Under the pieces are notes generated by a model. It was not told where the DNA came from. It made no database searches and saw only the letters and a program-made list of their open reading frames with translations. The position numbers and the translations under genes are program-made. From Lepidodermella squamata (Eukaryota; Animalia; Gastrotricha): 64,000 bases of DNA. Below, piece by piece: positions 1 through 12,577 of the stretch. The stretch spans positions 1,612,001 to 1,676,000 of the forward strand of contig JBLDXI010000029.1 of NCBI GenBank assembly GCA_047495785.1, written 5' to 3'. Position 1 is the first letter of the stretch. Each line of letters starts with the position of its first letter.

Positions 1-2163
1 TGAAACTTCCAATTCACCTACCGGTGAGCGGATTTGCAATCAATTTTAAACAAGCTGTTAACGTCCTTCAAATGGCGATTGATATCGTCAACAATAGAAG
101 TGACCTTCTGCCAGAATACCACATCGAGATTGCGATAATAAACGAAGGATATGACAGCGCTCTAGCGGTTTCCTCGGCTGTAAATTTTCTCCGAAATCAA
201 GAGGCTGAAAACACATCTTACATCGCCCCTCTCACAACAGGACTCTTATTCACGCCAAGCTGCAAAGCTTGGGCTGCGGCAGTCCACCATTTCAACATGG
301 CAATGCTAGCCGGGAGCTGTACAGCCGACTCAATGACCGCAAGAAGGAATATCTACCCAAATTTCTACCGATCTCTTGCTCCTGGCGAGTTATCAGTAAC
401 GGCAACTCTGTTTTTTATTCAGAAGATAGCAAATTGGACAAAATTCGTCATTATCTCTTCTTCGGTGAAATCTGCATTTGGAAGTGAAGCTTACAACCCG
501 TTTTACGTAACAGCTCAGAGATTAGGTGTGAGATTAGGTTCAGGCGTTTGAAGCCAAGTCAGAAATCGATAGCGAAACTGCTGAGCTATTTCTCTCTAGA
601 CATTACCGCATTTTTGTTTTCGAATCTGATAATTTCGAGTTCAACCTGAAATTGATCTGCCAGACCTACAAACGTGGAATTCGAGGAAAGAGATACATGT
701 TTCTGATGAAATTTCTTACATACCCGGATACAGATTCGCTTCCGGAGTTTTTGCTTCGGAATATCGGCTGCACTGCGGAGCACATCCGCCAACAACTAGA
801 ACAATCTGTATTTTTTGGATCGCCAGCCGGATGGATCATTCCGAACAATCGAACGGATCACTTAGGTATCACATTGGCGAACTTCGAACGAATTTTTCTC
901 TCCAATTATGGCGGAAATCCGAGAACTCCGGATTATGCGTATCGACACTTGTATTACGATTTGATACTTCAAAGCCTCGTAACGCTCGACGGAGCTGATC
1001 GGGCTTTGAAATTGAAAAATCGCTCGCTCAGAGACTACCAAACCAATCCTGAAGAGGTACTACACGCAGTTAATGTAAGCTTGAGGCATGTCAGCTTCAA
1101 TAGTCTGAGATTTGGTAGCTTTCGATACTCTAATCGGGTAGAGGTGGACTACGAACCACAATTTATCGGGACTTGGAGCCCTAGAGCAGGTCTCCAAATC
1201 AGGTTCAGCCTTCAGCTCAGTGAAAACGCTTCGGACCTCAAAGACTCTTCTTCATTCAGACTTGAGACTTTCATACCAATGACCGACATCTCACTTCCAA
1301 GCGACTCCCCAAAAGAAGTTGTGACCAAGCTTGGCTTATCGGTCATTGACTTTACGGTCATTAGCCTTACTTCCTTGGTCCCCTTTACAATGCAACTAGC
1401 ATGCGTCACTCGGAACGCTCGTAAGGAAAGGCATGCAAATCGTGTGATGGATTTAGTTCTGCTTATAAGCTTTGGTCTGGGATCAGTTGGTTCGATATGT
1501 TTAGTGAGATCTCCTGGGGAGATAATTTCAGGAGCGTACTGCCCCGTAGCTATTTCCGGCATTACAGCATGTTTGAATCTAATGTACGGAGTTCTGACTG
1601 TGAATCTTTATAACGAGTTCAACGCTCTTGAACGAGAAAGTTCGACTCGTTCTCATAAGCGACGATCTACGCTTCGCATCAAAGCAGTGCCCCGGAAGCT
1701 ATTGAAAAAGTCATGTATCATTTTCGCGCCATATTTCTTGGCGATTATCGCTTGGGGGATCGCTGACATGCCCTACTTAACGATATTTTACGACTTGCCA
1801 TACTGTGATGAATCGAATGACTTGATCACACATCAAGTCGTTTCGTATTGCACCTCGAATTACTTCATTTACTGGCTTATTGTCATGATGCTGTTCGACC
1901 TGTTACTTTTGATATCAGCTGTATTACTGATTTTGAAGCTGAAAAGATTCAAGGCTTTGAAATCAAGTGTCCGCTCGAAACAGCTGAGTTTTGCTGTCAT
2001 TTTTTCTGCATCTTATCTGCCAGCAGTAATTGCCATACTTCTTGCCATACGTTCTAGCCCAAAAGTCGAAGTTGTGATTTCATCAGCTCTGACGGCTCAG
2101 CTTTTAATTATGTGGTTAGCAAACAATTTCAATATATTACGGCGAATAGTGGGGAAATTATAA
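1..2163 (+). CDS. Class C GPCR, GABA-B receptor-like (Venus flytrap + 7TM, no Cys-rich domain); 5' end outside window; apparent +1 frameshift at ~537
   Basis: ORF 24-551 has flytrap/ANF-receptor motifs (AIDIVNNRSDLLPEYHIEI, YPNFYRSLAP). Frame 1 is open from 538 (VQAFEAK...RIFVF...LICQTYKRGIRGKRYMFL, resembling GABA-B 'ARIIVG...FCEVYKE.LFGK.YVW'). Seven hydrophobic segments follow, with almost no C-tail. Confidence 0.8.
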
Positions 2164-3057
2164 GCTTCATGTTTCGTGAGTTCGTAGTTTTGTTTGCTGT
2201 CTCATTCATTCATATTTCTATTGAGCGAGCCTGTTTTAATCATAATCAGTTAATCAATACATAATGCACCGGTTCGACTAATAAACGGAAACGAGTGATA
2301 GAAAACTGGGCGTAATTTTATGCAAGCGCTTTATCACTCATCGCACTGATGTTTGCTGTAACCGGTAACCTGAATTCGTGGATAACAGGTTCAAGTATTG
2401 CCCGCGGAATAGGGCTGATTTATGCCGCTACGTTTTTTACTGGGCAACTAAGCTAAATGTTCACATGACGCGACAAAAAACGCACGGAGGCGTCGCGGCA
2501 TTTAATTAGGCGCCAATTAGCCGCGTCAGAGCGTTGAAAAAATTCGCCTCAGCAAATGGACACGTCGCGAGTTCCTTACTCATTTGGAACCTGTAAGCGC
2601 TGGCGGTATTATAATCGAGATAACAAGAGCGATAACAAGGGAATTCACTATGTACACAATGACGCAATGTAATAATAGGTAACACGAAAAAAGTGAGCCT
2701 TTGCGCAATTGACATGTGAAAATGGGTGATTAACAATTTTTCTATCAAATTTTGGGAATATTCCTATGTTGACGAGCAGAAAGAGGCGATTCGTCTGGTA
2801 TATTGCTTAAAATACCTTTTTCCGGTCTCAAAAACTGTATGTTTCACTTGACGCAGGTAATGGCGTACTAATAATACCAAACTGAGTGTGATTAATACCT
2901 GGCGCGCGCCTCGCCGTAATGTCATCATAAAAATGCGCACCTCTAAGCGCGAGTACCCACCCAGCCCCGATTATACCGCCCCGTCACTTCAACGCGGTGC
3001 ATTTACTAAACACCCAGCGATTGCACTTGTAATACCCATTTTTCACACCAAACTCTC

Positions 3058-5148
3058 ATGCGAATTATATTCGCCTCGATCGTAATAATCGCTGCCGTTC
3101 AGCGATGTGTGGCCGTTGATACCACACTCACTGTTACGGCCTTCACATCGACTAGTCTGTCCTGCGGCCTGACGAAGTCGTCGAACAACGACGTGATTTC
3201 ATGGCACAAGTTATTTCTGAATGACACCTCCCTTGAAATACAAATTTCCAACGATCAAAACATTGTTTGCTGCACGTACGAGCCGGCGAATAAGTTCGTC
3301 GTATCTTCAACCGGTGGCAAGTACCAGTTGACCATCAACCAAATTTACGGCTTAGATGAGGCCATCTACTTTTGCCGGAGGAATTACGGACAATCTACCG
3401 TGGTGGCTGATTCGACGCGGTACAACATTCAGGTTCAAAATCTGGTCTCCGATAGCCAGATGTATGTTACTTATGACAACAAAGCCTACCCTAACAATGC
3501 CGAGGTCACCTTTACCTGCGTTGTTTTTGACGTCAAGCCAGCACCTAGCATCGTCTGGGTACAATTGACTGCCGCGGGTTCGGATACTTTCACGCCTATC
3601 ACAACGGGCGTAACTACAGCAAAGGAGCTTTGGAACGATTATTTCTTATACAATCGAACCTCGGTTTTGAAAATCAACGCAAAACCGGCTTATATGAAAG
3701 ATATTATCCGATGCACGGCTGTCCAGAATATTTCTAGCACAGTTGTGAAAACTGCTGTTGATTCAACCTCAACAGCCATTAACGTGGAGTGTAAGTCATC
3801 GATAGCCTATGTTGATCATATTTTGAAAGAATGTTCTACCTATAGACGGTCCTACGTGTTCTACAACGAAAATTACGAAATTCGCAGCTGCTATTGGTTC
3901 TTCAGCATCACTTACTTGTAACGTGGAAATGAACCCCATGCCAACTCAAGCTCCTCAATGCGTTTTCAATACTGTTCAAAGTTCACTGAATCCTGTGGCT
4001 AAAGTAACTGCTACGTTGACAGCCTCAAGTTACCTTATCAGCGCAAATTACAATTACAGTGTCACGTAAGTTCTCTGTTATGCTCTAGGATCGAATTTTA
4101 CTGTGTCTCTCTTCATTTTAGGAAAAATACTGATTACCGCACTATTTATTGTTACTGCCTCGGCCTCAAGGTCGAAAATGGGGTCGATGTGGCTCCAGGC
4201 TGTCCTCTGACTGTTGTAGCGCCCGGTTTGCCAGATCCAGTGATGAACTGCCGCCAATCGAACACAACCTCATCTTCCGTCATCATCGCGTGTGACGAAG
4301 GCTTTAACGGAGGTTACACGCCGCGTTACTCCTTGGACCAGTTGTCGACCGAACCAACTAGAGCTGCAACCTATTCAACGAAACGCGTCGCCACAGCCCA
4401 AGCCTCGCCATCATTCACAGTTACCGCACTTCAATCTTCGACTTTGTACCAATTCAGAGTTTGCACGGTGACTTCAGGCTTCCCGGATATGCCTCAGTGC
4501 ACGCAAGCTTTCAACGTGAGAACAATTGCTGGTCCGAGTGGCGTGACTGTGGTTGATGCTGGCTTTCAATGGTGGATCATTCTAGCGGCAGTTGGAGGCG
4601 CCCTTCTTCTTATCGTCATCATTTTCGTGATAGTCTTCCTGCTATTCCCGAAGAAGCAAGAAGAGGAAGACCCGAAGAGACCGAGTGATGTAGAAAGCGC
4701 TGTGCAGCCAACCATTTCCTCCCCGGTGTTGGTCGTCGCGCCGGCGATCGAGTTGGAAAGCTACCCGAACGCTGGTGCTGAAAATGTTGAAGAGCCTTTT
4801 GTCCTCGAGGAAGGACAAACAATGGCAATTACTCATGCGCAATTTCCCCCTGATGAGTACGCTCCCCAACCTGAACCTGAACCTGAACCTGAACCTGAGC
4901 AGATTTATGGAAATACAGCGGAGCCCGAGCCGAGATTTGGCGATGGTCACCTGATTAAGGCGGCTGTAGCTGTTGCAGCAACTGCTGCCGTTGTCGCAGC
5001 TGCTGAGGCGATCGCTGATGCCGTTGAAGAAGCCAAGAAGAAGTCCTCTTCTTCATCCTCAAGCTCTTCCGAGGAAGAGGGTCATGGTCATGAGCATAAT
5101 GAAGAAGGGGCGGAGCATCACGAGGCTGGAGGTGATGCGCAAAATTAG
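3058..5148 (+). CDS. Type I membrane Ig-superfamily protein (signal peptide, 3 Ig, FN3, TM, acidic/low-complexity tail); exons ~3058-3790, 3846-4065, 4122-5148
   Basis: Signal peptide MRIIFASIVIIAAVQRCVA. Ig motifs LSC...ISW...LTI...DEAIYFC and FTC...PAPSIVW. Introns 3791-3845 and 4066-4121 splice in frame. FN3 'CDEGFNGGY...LQSSTLYQFRV'; TM WWIILAAVGGALLLIVIIFVIVFLLF. Sidestep/nephrin-like layout. Confidence 0.85.
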
Positions 5149-6405
5149 AATATTATTTATTTTTTAATCGATGGAACCTGGTGTTTATTTCGCTGCTTGT
5201 TTTTAATTAAAAAATCTACTGTCATGACAAAAATTGCCGATTCGGAAAAGCTTATGCTTGTCGATTAGAGCCATGGCGATGATCATATGTTTTGTGTTGC
5301 TTTGATCGTTTTACATGTATAATAGATTCTAATAAAACAATTCTAAAACAATTGCCTTATGTCACTATTCCAGAGTAATTTACGTCCAGAAAAAATGGTC
5401 TGTTTGTAATAAATGGAAAAGTAAAAATATCAGGTTTGGTGTCAGATATCCTTTGAATACAAGTTCAGACTAGAATGTAACGAAAGACCACAATGTTCAC
5501 TCGGGAATGGATGTCTTTTGACTTCCTAGGCACCTGAAGATTTCAGAAGCATATTATTGAGGCCAAATCATATTAGCATGTCGTAGTTTTATTTATATAG
5601 ACCCTCCGCCGGCCGGCGCTATAGGCACATGATATTTGTATAACTTCAGAGCATGAACATCTATCTAGGGCTCGTTTAATTGAACGTTTAATAAATTGAA
5701 CATGATCATAGCCTGTTCATATTTGTCTGATATAGCACGAGTAAAGAGTCTATAATATCTGAACGGAGCCGGCCGAGATTTACGACTCGGAACGAGTCGA
5801 AGACAAGTGGAGATGAGTTTTCGTGCTGACTGGAGAGGAGCTCCGCAGGGCGTGGATCGCAAGGGCACCTAAAGGAATATGGGAAACCATATGCTCAAAT
5901 TAGCTTTAAAGGAAAATGTCGCAGAAGAGGCGGCAGGGCTTAGCCGGGGCATCAATGCAGTCTCGCGTCTCGCAAGTGCCATGTCGGACAGTGCTTCTCC
6001 AGCATTCGGAGGCCGAAGGCGTCGGGCTGGAAGCTCGCAACGTAGGATATGTAATCCTTCATTCCCCGTTATTTGCAATGAGGTACCTCGTGGCGTACCG
6101 CATCAGTTGATGCTCAGATATGTCGATGATTGCTTCCACACCAGCTTCGACGACAACACCGAATGGGTCGCACTCATTAGGCAGATCCAAGGCAGCTTTC
6201 AAGCCGTGGACCTGGAAGACAATACCAAGCTGGTGAACCGCAGGTAAGGACACTTTCAATGAGGTTTTAATCAAAATATGAAAATTATGCCAACAAATGC
6301 AAGGAAATTTCAAGGAAAGAAAATCGAACCGTGAATTTAACTGTAATGACGCTTTATTCATGAAAAAATTCTTGATCCATAAAAGAAAGTAACACATAAG
6401 TAATA

Positions 6406-6545
6406 CACTCGCAGCCATTTAACGGCTGCTAATGCGTTGAACTTTCGATTAACGAGTTAACAAGTGTTAATTCGATTCCGTCTAATGCTCACTAACGCGT
6501 TAATCGAAAGTTAACGCGTTAGCAGCCTTTAAATGGCTGCGAGTG
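6406..6545. mobile_element. Palindromic MITE (~140 bp) with TA flanks, in the 3' UTR of ankyrin gene A
   Basis: TA|CACTCGCAGCCATTTAACGGCTGCTAATGCGTTGAACTTTCGATTAACG ... CGTTAATCGAAAGTTAACGCGTTAGCAGCCTTTAAATGGCTGCGAGTG|TA; absent from the paralogous 3' UTR at ~12510-12575. Confidence 0.85.
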
Positions 6546-6575
6546 TAGCTAGCAGAAATCTGCTACCCGAATCTG

Positions 6576-9500
6576 CTATATGCATAGGCGATAAGCGCCC
6601 TTCTCAGAGAGATAGTTAACAACAATAGTGTAACCGTGAATTTCTGCAATTTTTAATGGTGAATTGCCTTCAGTATCGCAAAGGTTGACCTCGGCTCCAC
6701 TATCAACCAGCAATTGGACCTTATTGAGGAAACCATGCGATGCCGCCTGAATTAGCGGAGTGCGTTTCTTGTCCCTGTCAAAGGCTTGGCCGTTGACGTC
6801 AGCGCGATGATTAATCAGTAAGCGCGTCGTCTCCAAGTCGCCTCTAACAACAGCTATATCCAGTGGCCGGGAGCCATATCGTCCCTCCTGAGCATTTACA
6901 TCAGCGCCGTTATCGATCAAAAGTTTTATAATGTCCAGAGACGCTCGGTTGAGCACGGCGCGATGCAAAACTGTGCCGTTTACTAAGGGCCATTTCATGA
7001 ACAAACGCTGATCGCGCCAATTCAAGTCAACATGTTCGTTATCCAACAAACTCTTAACCCGGAACAAGTTGTTTTCCGCAGCAGCGTCACTCAATTCTTC
7101 ATTCTTTTTTTCCCGTTCGGCGGCTGATATGCGAGGTGTCAACAGGCCATCCAGCGCAGCTCTCCACACAGCTGGAGCCAGCGATAATGCTTCCTTGGCG
7201 CCTTGATGATCAACCCCACGATCCAGGAGCAGCTGAACAATTTCTGGATGGCCGCTCTCTACTGCAATAGCTAGCGGTGTCTTATTCGCCCTGTTGCGAG
7301 CATTGATGTTTCTTGAATGTTGAAGAAGTAACCTTGTGACTTCAACATTCCCGGCTTTGCATGCCAGGTGTATCGCCGTGTTACCAGTGTGATCAGCAAT
7401 ATCGACGTTAGCGCCTTCCTCCAGCAAAAGATGTACTAAGTTGGCTTCGCCATTCAAAACAGATTTTGTAAGGATGATGTTGAGATCAACCTGAAACAGA
7501 AATTAGCGCTATCAATATAAAATTAAAAATATATTTTAAAAAATATAAAAAAGCAGAAAACGATCATGACCTTAATGAAATTCGGTCTAAATATGTTTAT
7601 TCAAGTTTTAAAGTAATAATTGGCATAAAAAATTCCTTAGAAACTCGTGTACATTAAAATTTTATCAACCTGGGGCATTAGTTTCTTGATTATTGCCTCG
7701 TTTTTGTTTTGCTGTGCATGCAGGATCGCATTCTCAAAAGACTCCGCCCGCAAACCAGTGATGTCACCTTCCAACAACAGAGCGACAATGTCTGTCGAAT
7801 TGCGATCAACAGCACGCAGAAGAGTAGCTTCATCGACAGCTGTTTGAGCAGCCAGGAGCGTCAGAACTGCAAGGCTGCAATTGCTTGTTACAGCATAGAA
7901 CATTACAGAATGGCCATCTTTGTCTCGAGCTGAAACATCGGCTTTTCGATTGATAAGGAGCATCATATTTCGGACAGATCCGATTTTGGCTGCCATCAAT
8001 AAAGCAGTCTCCTCCCCTACGCTGGTCTTGAAGTCGACTTGGGCACAACGGTCCAAGAGCAGCTCGACAATATTGGAGCTATCCCGCTTCGTTGCAAGCT
8101 GCAAGGCAGAGAACGATGATTCCATATCGATTGCGCTGGGACTCGCTCCTCTCTCGAGGATAGATTCGATAAGCGGCATGGATGCGTTTGACTTGATTGC
8201 AACTATCAAAGCTTCTTCACCCGATATATTCTTCGCTTCTCGGCCATCATCGAATATCCAAATTGTTCCGCATACCTTGCCTTTTATCGCCCAAGTTGGT
8301 TGAACACAGTTCTAAAAGTACACAGTTGTTTTTATATTGCTTCCATATTTTTTACACTTACGCTTGTCGCCATTAGTCGCACTACTTTGGCATCAGGCGT
8401 AAGCCCGGTCACTTCAGTCACATTGAGATTCGCATCATAAAGAAGCCAGTGCTTTTCAACCGGATCCTCTGCTTGTTCATTTGCCTATTAATAACAATAG
8501 TTTTACCAAACGATATTTGTTAAGCAATTCAACAGATTGGCGTTCAGTTCGGCATGGAGTGTGGCGAGTTTAGATATCAACAATTTACGAGTGTTTTGAC
8601 ATAAAATATCGAATTGGCACTTGTATTATTGTGTTCCATTCTTTATTACATGAATAAGACCAAACCTGTTCACATCGACCAAGTTCAGGATACCAACTAG
8701 AATTTCCAATACAAATTGACACGATTGAACCGTGTGTCAAATTGAAACCGTTATCGCAATGAACGAGGACCATCGAGCCCAGCTTCAAATCATCATTCGT
8801 CCGCAATTTTCTACCTTTTTCATCATTGATAGTTCCATTCAAAATAACAGGGAGCTTGCAGTTATCTTCAGCAAAAATAAAGCTGGGGCAATTACTGTTA
8901 ACTTCATCATTTTTCGTACCTTTTACTTGTTCCTTTTCCACACATTTTCCAGGTTCTGACCACATATCCACGTCCACGCAGGTGATCGAATTTGCTCCGA
9001 CTAGAATGTGAGTAGGCGAGCAAGCAAACGTCACGCTCGTTCCGACTGATACCGGGTAATCGATCTCTGAAGACAGGTGAGCGTTTGATGGAATCTGAAT
9101 TGTTTCCGAGCAGCCTGTCATTATTCTGTGACAATCTGAATGATGTCAACTAAAGAAGGCAAACCTTTAGATAAGCATTCGCCTTTCTGATACCAAGTTC
9201 CATTATCAAGGCAAACAATCGCTGGAGCCCCGGCGATGCCATAGCCCGGAAGACAATCAAACACGGCAGTAGATCCTGCAGTCAGCTCGAAGCTATTTTG
9301 GCTGAATTCCTTAATTTCTGCATTCGCTGGTAAAGTTAACAACTCCTCGCAAACTGAAATCCGTGAACGAGACAAACCTAGAACATTGAACTGAACAGTC
9401 CATCCTTACCCCTAGCGCAGTAACCATTTACGAGCCACACGCCTTTCTTGGTATCGAAAAGCACTGCAGCAGTTCCAACGACAGCGTAGCCAACATCACA

Positions 9501-12138
9501 TGTTATTAACCCGATGCACGTGGCTTCTGAGAAAGTCACGTTTCCGTTTTCGACAAATTTCGGCAAGATTCTGTAAGCTATTGGCAAAAAGTGACATTGA
9601 AATGCAACGGTATGATGTATGCGCAATCTTCACGAATCGTATCAACATATCAACATAATAACTAAATAAGCTATGCTTAGCAAAAAGCAAGAAACGTAAT
9701 TTTTCTATAAGCACATGTAAAATGAAACTTGCGGTCGATCTGAGAAAAACAGTAGACTTACCTTGCGAGGACAGATTTCCATAACTCGAATTGAAGCAAG
9801 CTGTTGCTCCTTGTACGCTATTATCCATGCATCCATCAAACTTTCGAAGTAATTCGGTGACTTTGCTGAATCCGAGATTCTGCGCGAACACCAGCGGCGA
9901 ATCTCCATTTGAATTTGCACCGCACGATGCGTTGTACTTGCTTAGCAGCAAATCAACCAGGGGCGGACAATTGTGTAAAATAGCTATTTCAAGCAAATTC
10001 CTTCCGAGTGGATTTTTTAACTGCAGAGCAGTAATCAAGTCGGGTGTATCAAGACGACTAAGAAAGGAATCAGCAAACTTTATGCCACTTTCCATACAGT
10101 TGATCGAATCATGAAACATTGACCGGCCCTGCGAATCACTTGATAAAAATTGAGTTGGGCTGGAAGCCATCAGGATCTGAACTAGATCGGAGCTGCCTAA
10201 CTGAAAAGCCGACAATAGAGGGGTCTCGCCCTTTTTATTCTGCATCTTTGAAAGCCAATCAACGGCACCGAGGGATACAAGTTTTTTCAGCATATCAAAA
10301 TTCTTGCTTTGAACCGCTATATGAAGAGCTGTATCGTCTGTGACTGGGTTCGTCTTGTACATTAAATCGCCGTTAGCTTCGATCAAGAAATCGCAAATCG
10401 CAGTCCGGTTCATCGAGATGGCTAAGAGGAGCGGTGTATTGCCTGATGAGTCGATTTTGTCGAACGTCAAATATGTTACGAATTCGCTTAGGAATTCCAG
10501 GTAGTCAGCTATCACAGCGACGTGTGCTGCTGACTGGTTCAAACTGTTCACAGCCTCAGTATCAGCGTGATACGTCACAATCAACTTTCGAATGAAGTTC
10601 AAATCTTTCTTTTCGAGAATCGCAACAAGAAGAGGCGTCATTCCGCTTGTGCCGTTGTATTCAGATGACGGACGAGATCGCGCATTGATAGCAGAGCTTA
10701 AATCGGCAAATTTTCTCGCAACGAATTCAAGCATATCGACTGTCTTCGCCAGATGAAGAGCTGTATAACCTCGGTTGTCGATTGAATCGATAGAGGCATT
10801 TTCACCAGGCACAATTTCGGCTAATTGTGTAGCATTGTTCGCCACTGCATTCAGGAATGGAGTGCGACCGAATGAATCCTTTTCTTCCATTATATCCTTC
10901 TTTATTCTTAACATCTGATTCAGAATACCTGAGAGAAAGCATAGGACAAAGGCATAATAGAAGCTCGGGACTTAAGACAAAATGTAGTGCAATCATCTTG
11001 CTTTCTACCTAAATGCCTTAGTAATAATAATTTATTTTCACTACTTTGACAAACCTTTGATTAAAATGCTATTTCCATCGGCTTGTTCGTCTGAACGGAG
11101 TGCCATGGCATGAACAGCGTTTCCACCATTTGAATCTTTCGCCGAAATATCCACTTTCGCCCGAATCAAAGACGTGAGGATTTGCCCATCGCGAAGAAAA
11201 GCAGCCAAATGGATCAAAGAACCAATGCCTCTGGACACGGGATCTCCATTTTTAATTGTGTACGAGCATTTAATAGATCTGGACTGTGCCTTTTTAGGGA
11301 ATCGATGGAAGAAATTGGTTATAAATGTGTAGTGGCCCTTTCGAACAGCGTAACAAAGAGGCGTATCGCCGTTTTCATCTTCCGCTGCTTCGTTGAATTG
11401 GTCGGCTGTGAAATTGTGCCGGAATACCTTCAACTGGTTACTCGCAGCGATCAGATGGGATGTTGACAGTACCCGCTTTCGACCAATTCTTGACTCCGGC
11501 TCAAATTTGCTTAGCATTTTCTCAATCTCACTGCTACCACTCGTCAGGGCGAATTTCAATGCAAAGTCACCGTTGTGGTCGTTGTGGAATCGATCGGCCT
11601 TGTTTACCAGCAGTAACTTGGCGATCTCAGCTGATGTTGCGAGGTATTTTGATTTTGCAGCGTAGAATAGAGGTGTTTGACCTTCCCGCTGTGGTGCATC
11701 GATCATTGCCTTGGGCTCAAGCTTCAGATCCATCGCCTTCCGGGCTAGCAGCTTCACTACGCCAAGGTGACCCTTGAGACAAGCTAGATGAATCGGTAAC
11801 TCTCCATTTTCGTTGACACTTGTAACGCTGATGTTGACATCAGTTAAGAGAAATGTAGTTACCTTGACGGCGCCGTTCGATGCTGCCAAATGAAGAGCCG
11901 TGTTGCTATCAGCGAATTTGTACATTTTGAAAGCGGCGAAATCAACACTTTCGCGCTGGAGTTTAGTTTTCAGTTGATCAACCAAGTCGCCAGCAATCAA
12001 CGACTCAAACGACAATGAAATTTCAGCATTGTATTTGATTTCCGTCAGATCCTCATACTCACTATCGAACGGATAATCTAAGCTTCCAGACGAAGTTGCG
12101 GTTGACAAGAGAAGAGCGTATAGGAGCCATGCCAACAT
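6576..12138 (-). CDS. Ankyrin gene A: signal peptide + ankyrin repeats + ~4 CCP/sushi modules + ankyrin repeats (multi-exon)
   Basis: Start MLAWLLYALLLSTATSSG. ANK motifs (TALHLAA, TPLFYAA, TPLLLAI) in 11055-12138 and 9762-10928. CCP modules (AVFDCLPGY.IAGA.AIVCLDNGTW; VTFACSPTHILVGANSITC; VHCDNGFNL...CIGNSSW) at 8665-9575. A phase-0 linker exon 8484-8362 joins to ANK exons 8311-~7669 and ~7489-6576. One junction needs a 29-nt intron. Confidence 0.7.
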
Positions 12139-12577
12139 TTGGACGTTGACTCGTGAGCAGTATTCAAAGCCCACAAAATAGCCAGTTATTAAAAGTGGTT
12201 TCTACTACAGATGAAATATTACTATTTACAGTTACACTGTCAGAATAATTGTTATTCATCAGAATATTTCGACTGCGGAAAGTTCACGACATTATGGGCA
12301 TTTTAGAGGCGATTAATTGAGACGATGGAACTGAGGGAAATTTTCATATAAGCGTAACAGGTTGCATGTTGCATGTAATACTAATCGCGTGCCGAGCGGT
12401 TGAGAAGCAGAATGCTTTTAATGCATTTTGAATTCTTATTTAATTCGGAATCTCTGATAATACCGGAAACTGAAAGAAGTTGTTGAATGCCCAAGCGTGA
12501 ATCGAACTAAAATGATGCTTTATTAATGTAAAATTATTGTCAACAAAGCAATGGTGAATCGCTAGCATGCGAATCTG

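Noticed and set aside
4865-5145. (PE)n, poly-Ala, poly-Ser and His/Glu tracts, and the antisense RFRFRF ORF
   Set aside because: Ordinary low-complexity cytoplasmic tail; the antisense ORF is its shadow.
9496-9761. Hydrophobic C-terminal tail of ORF 9496..10914 as a TM segment
   Set aside because: It follows a strong GTAAGT donor at 9761 and is intronic or out of frame with the CCP exon.
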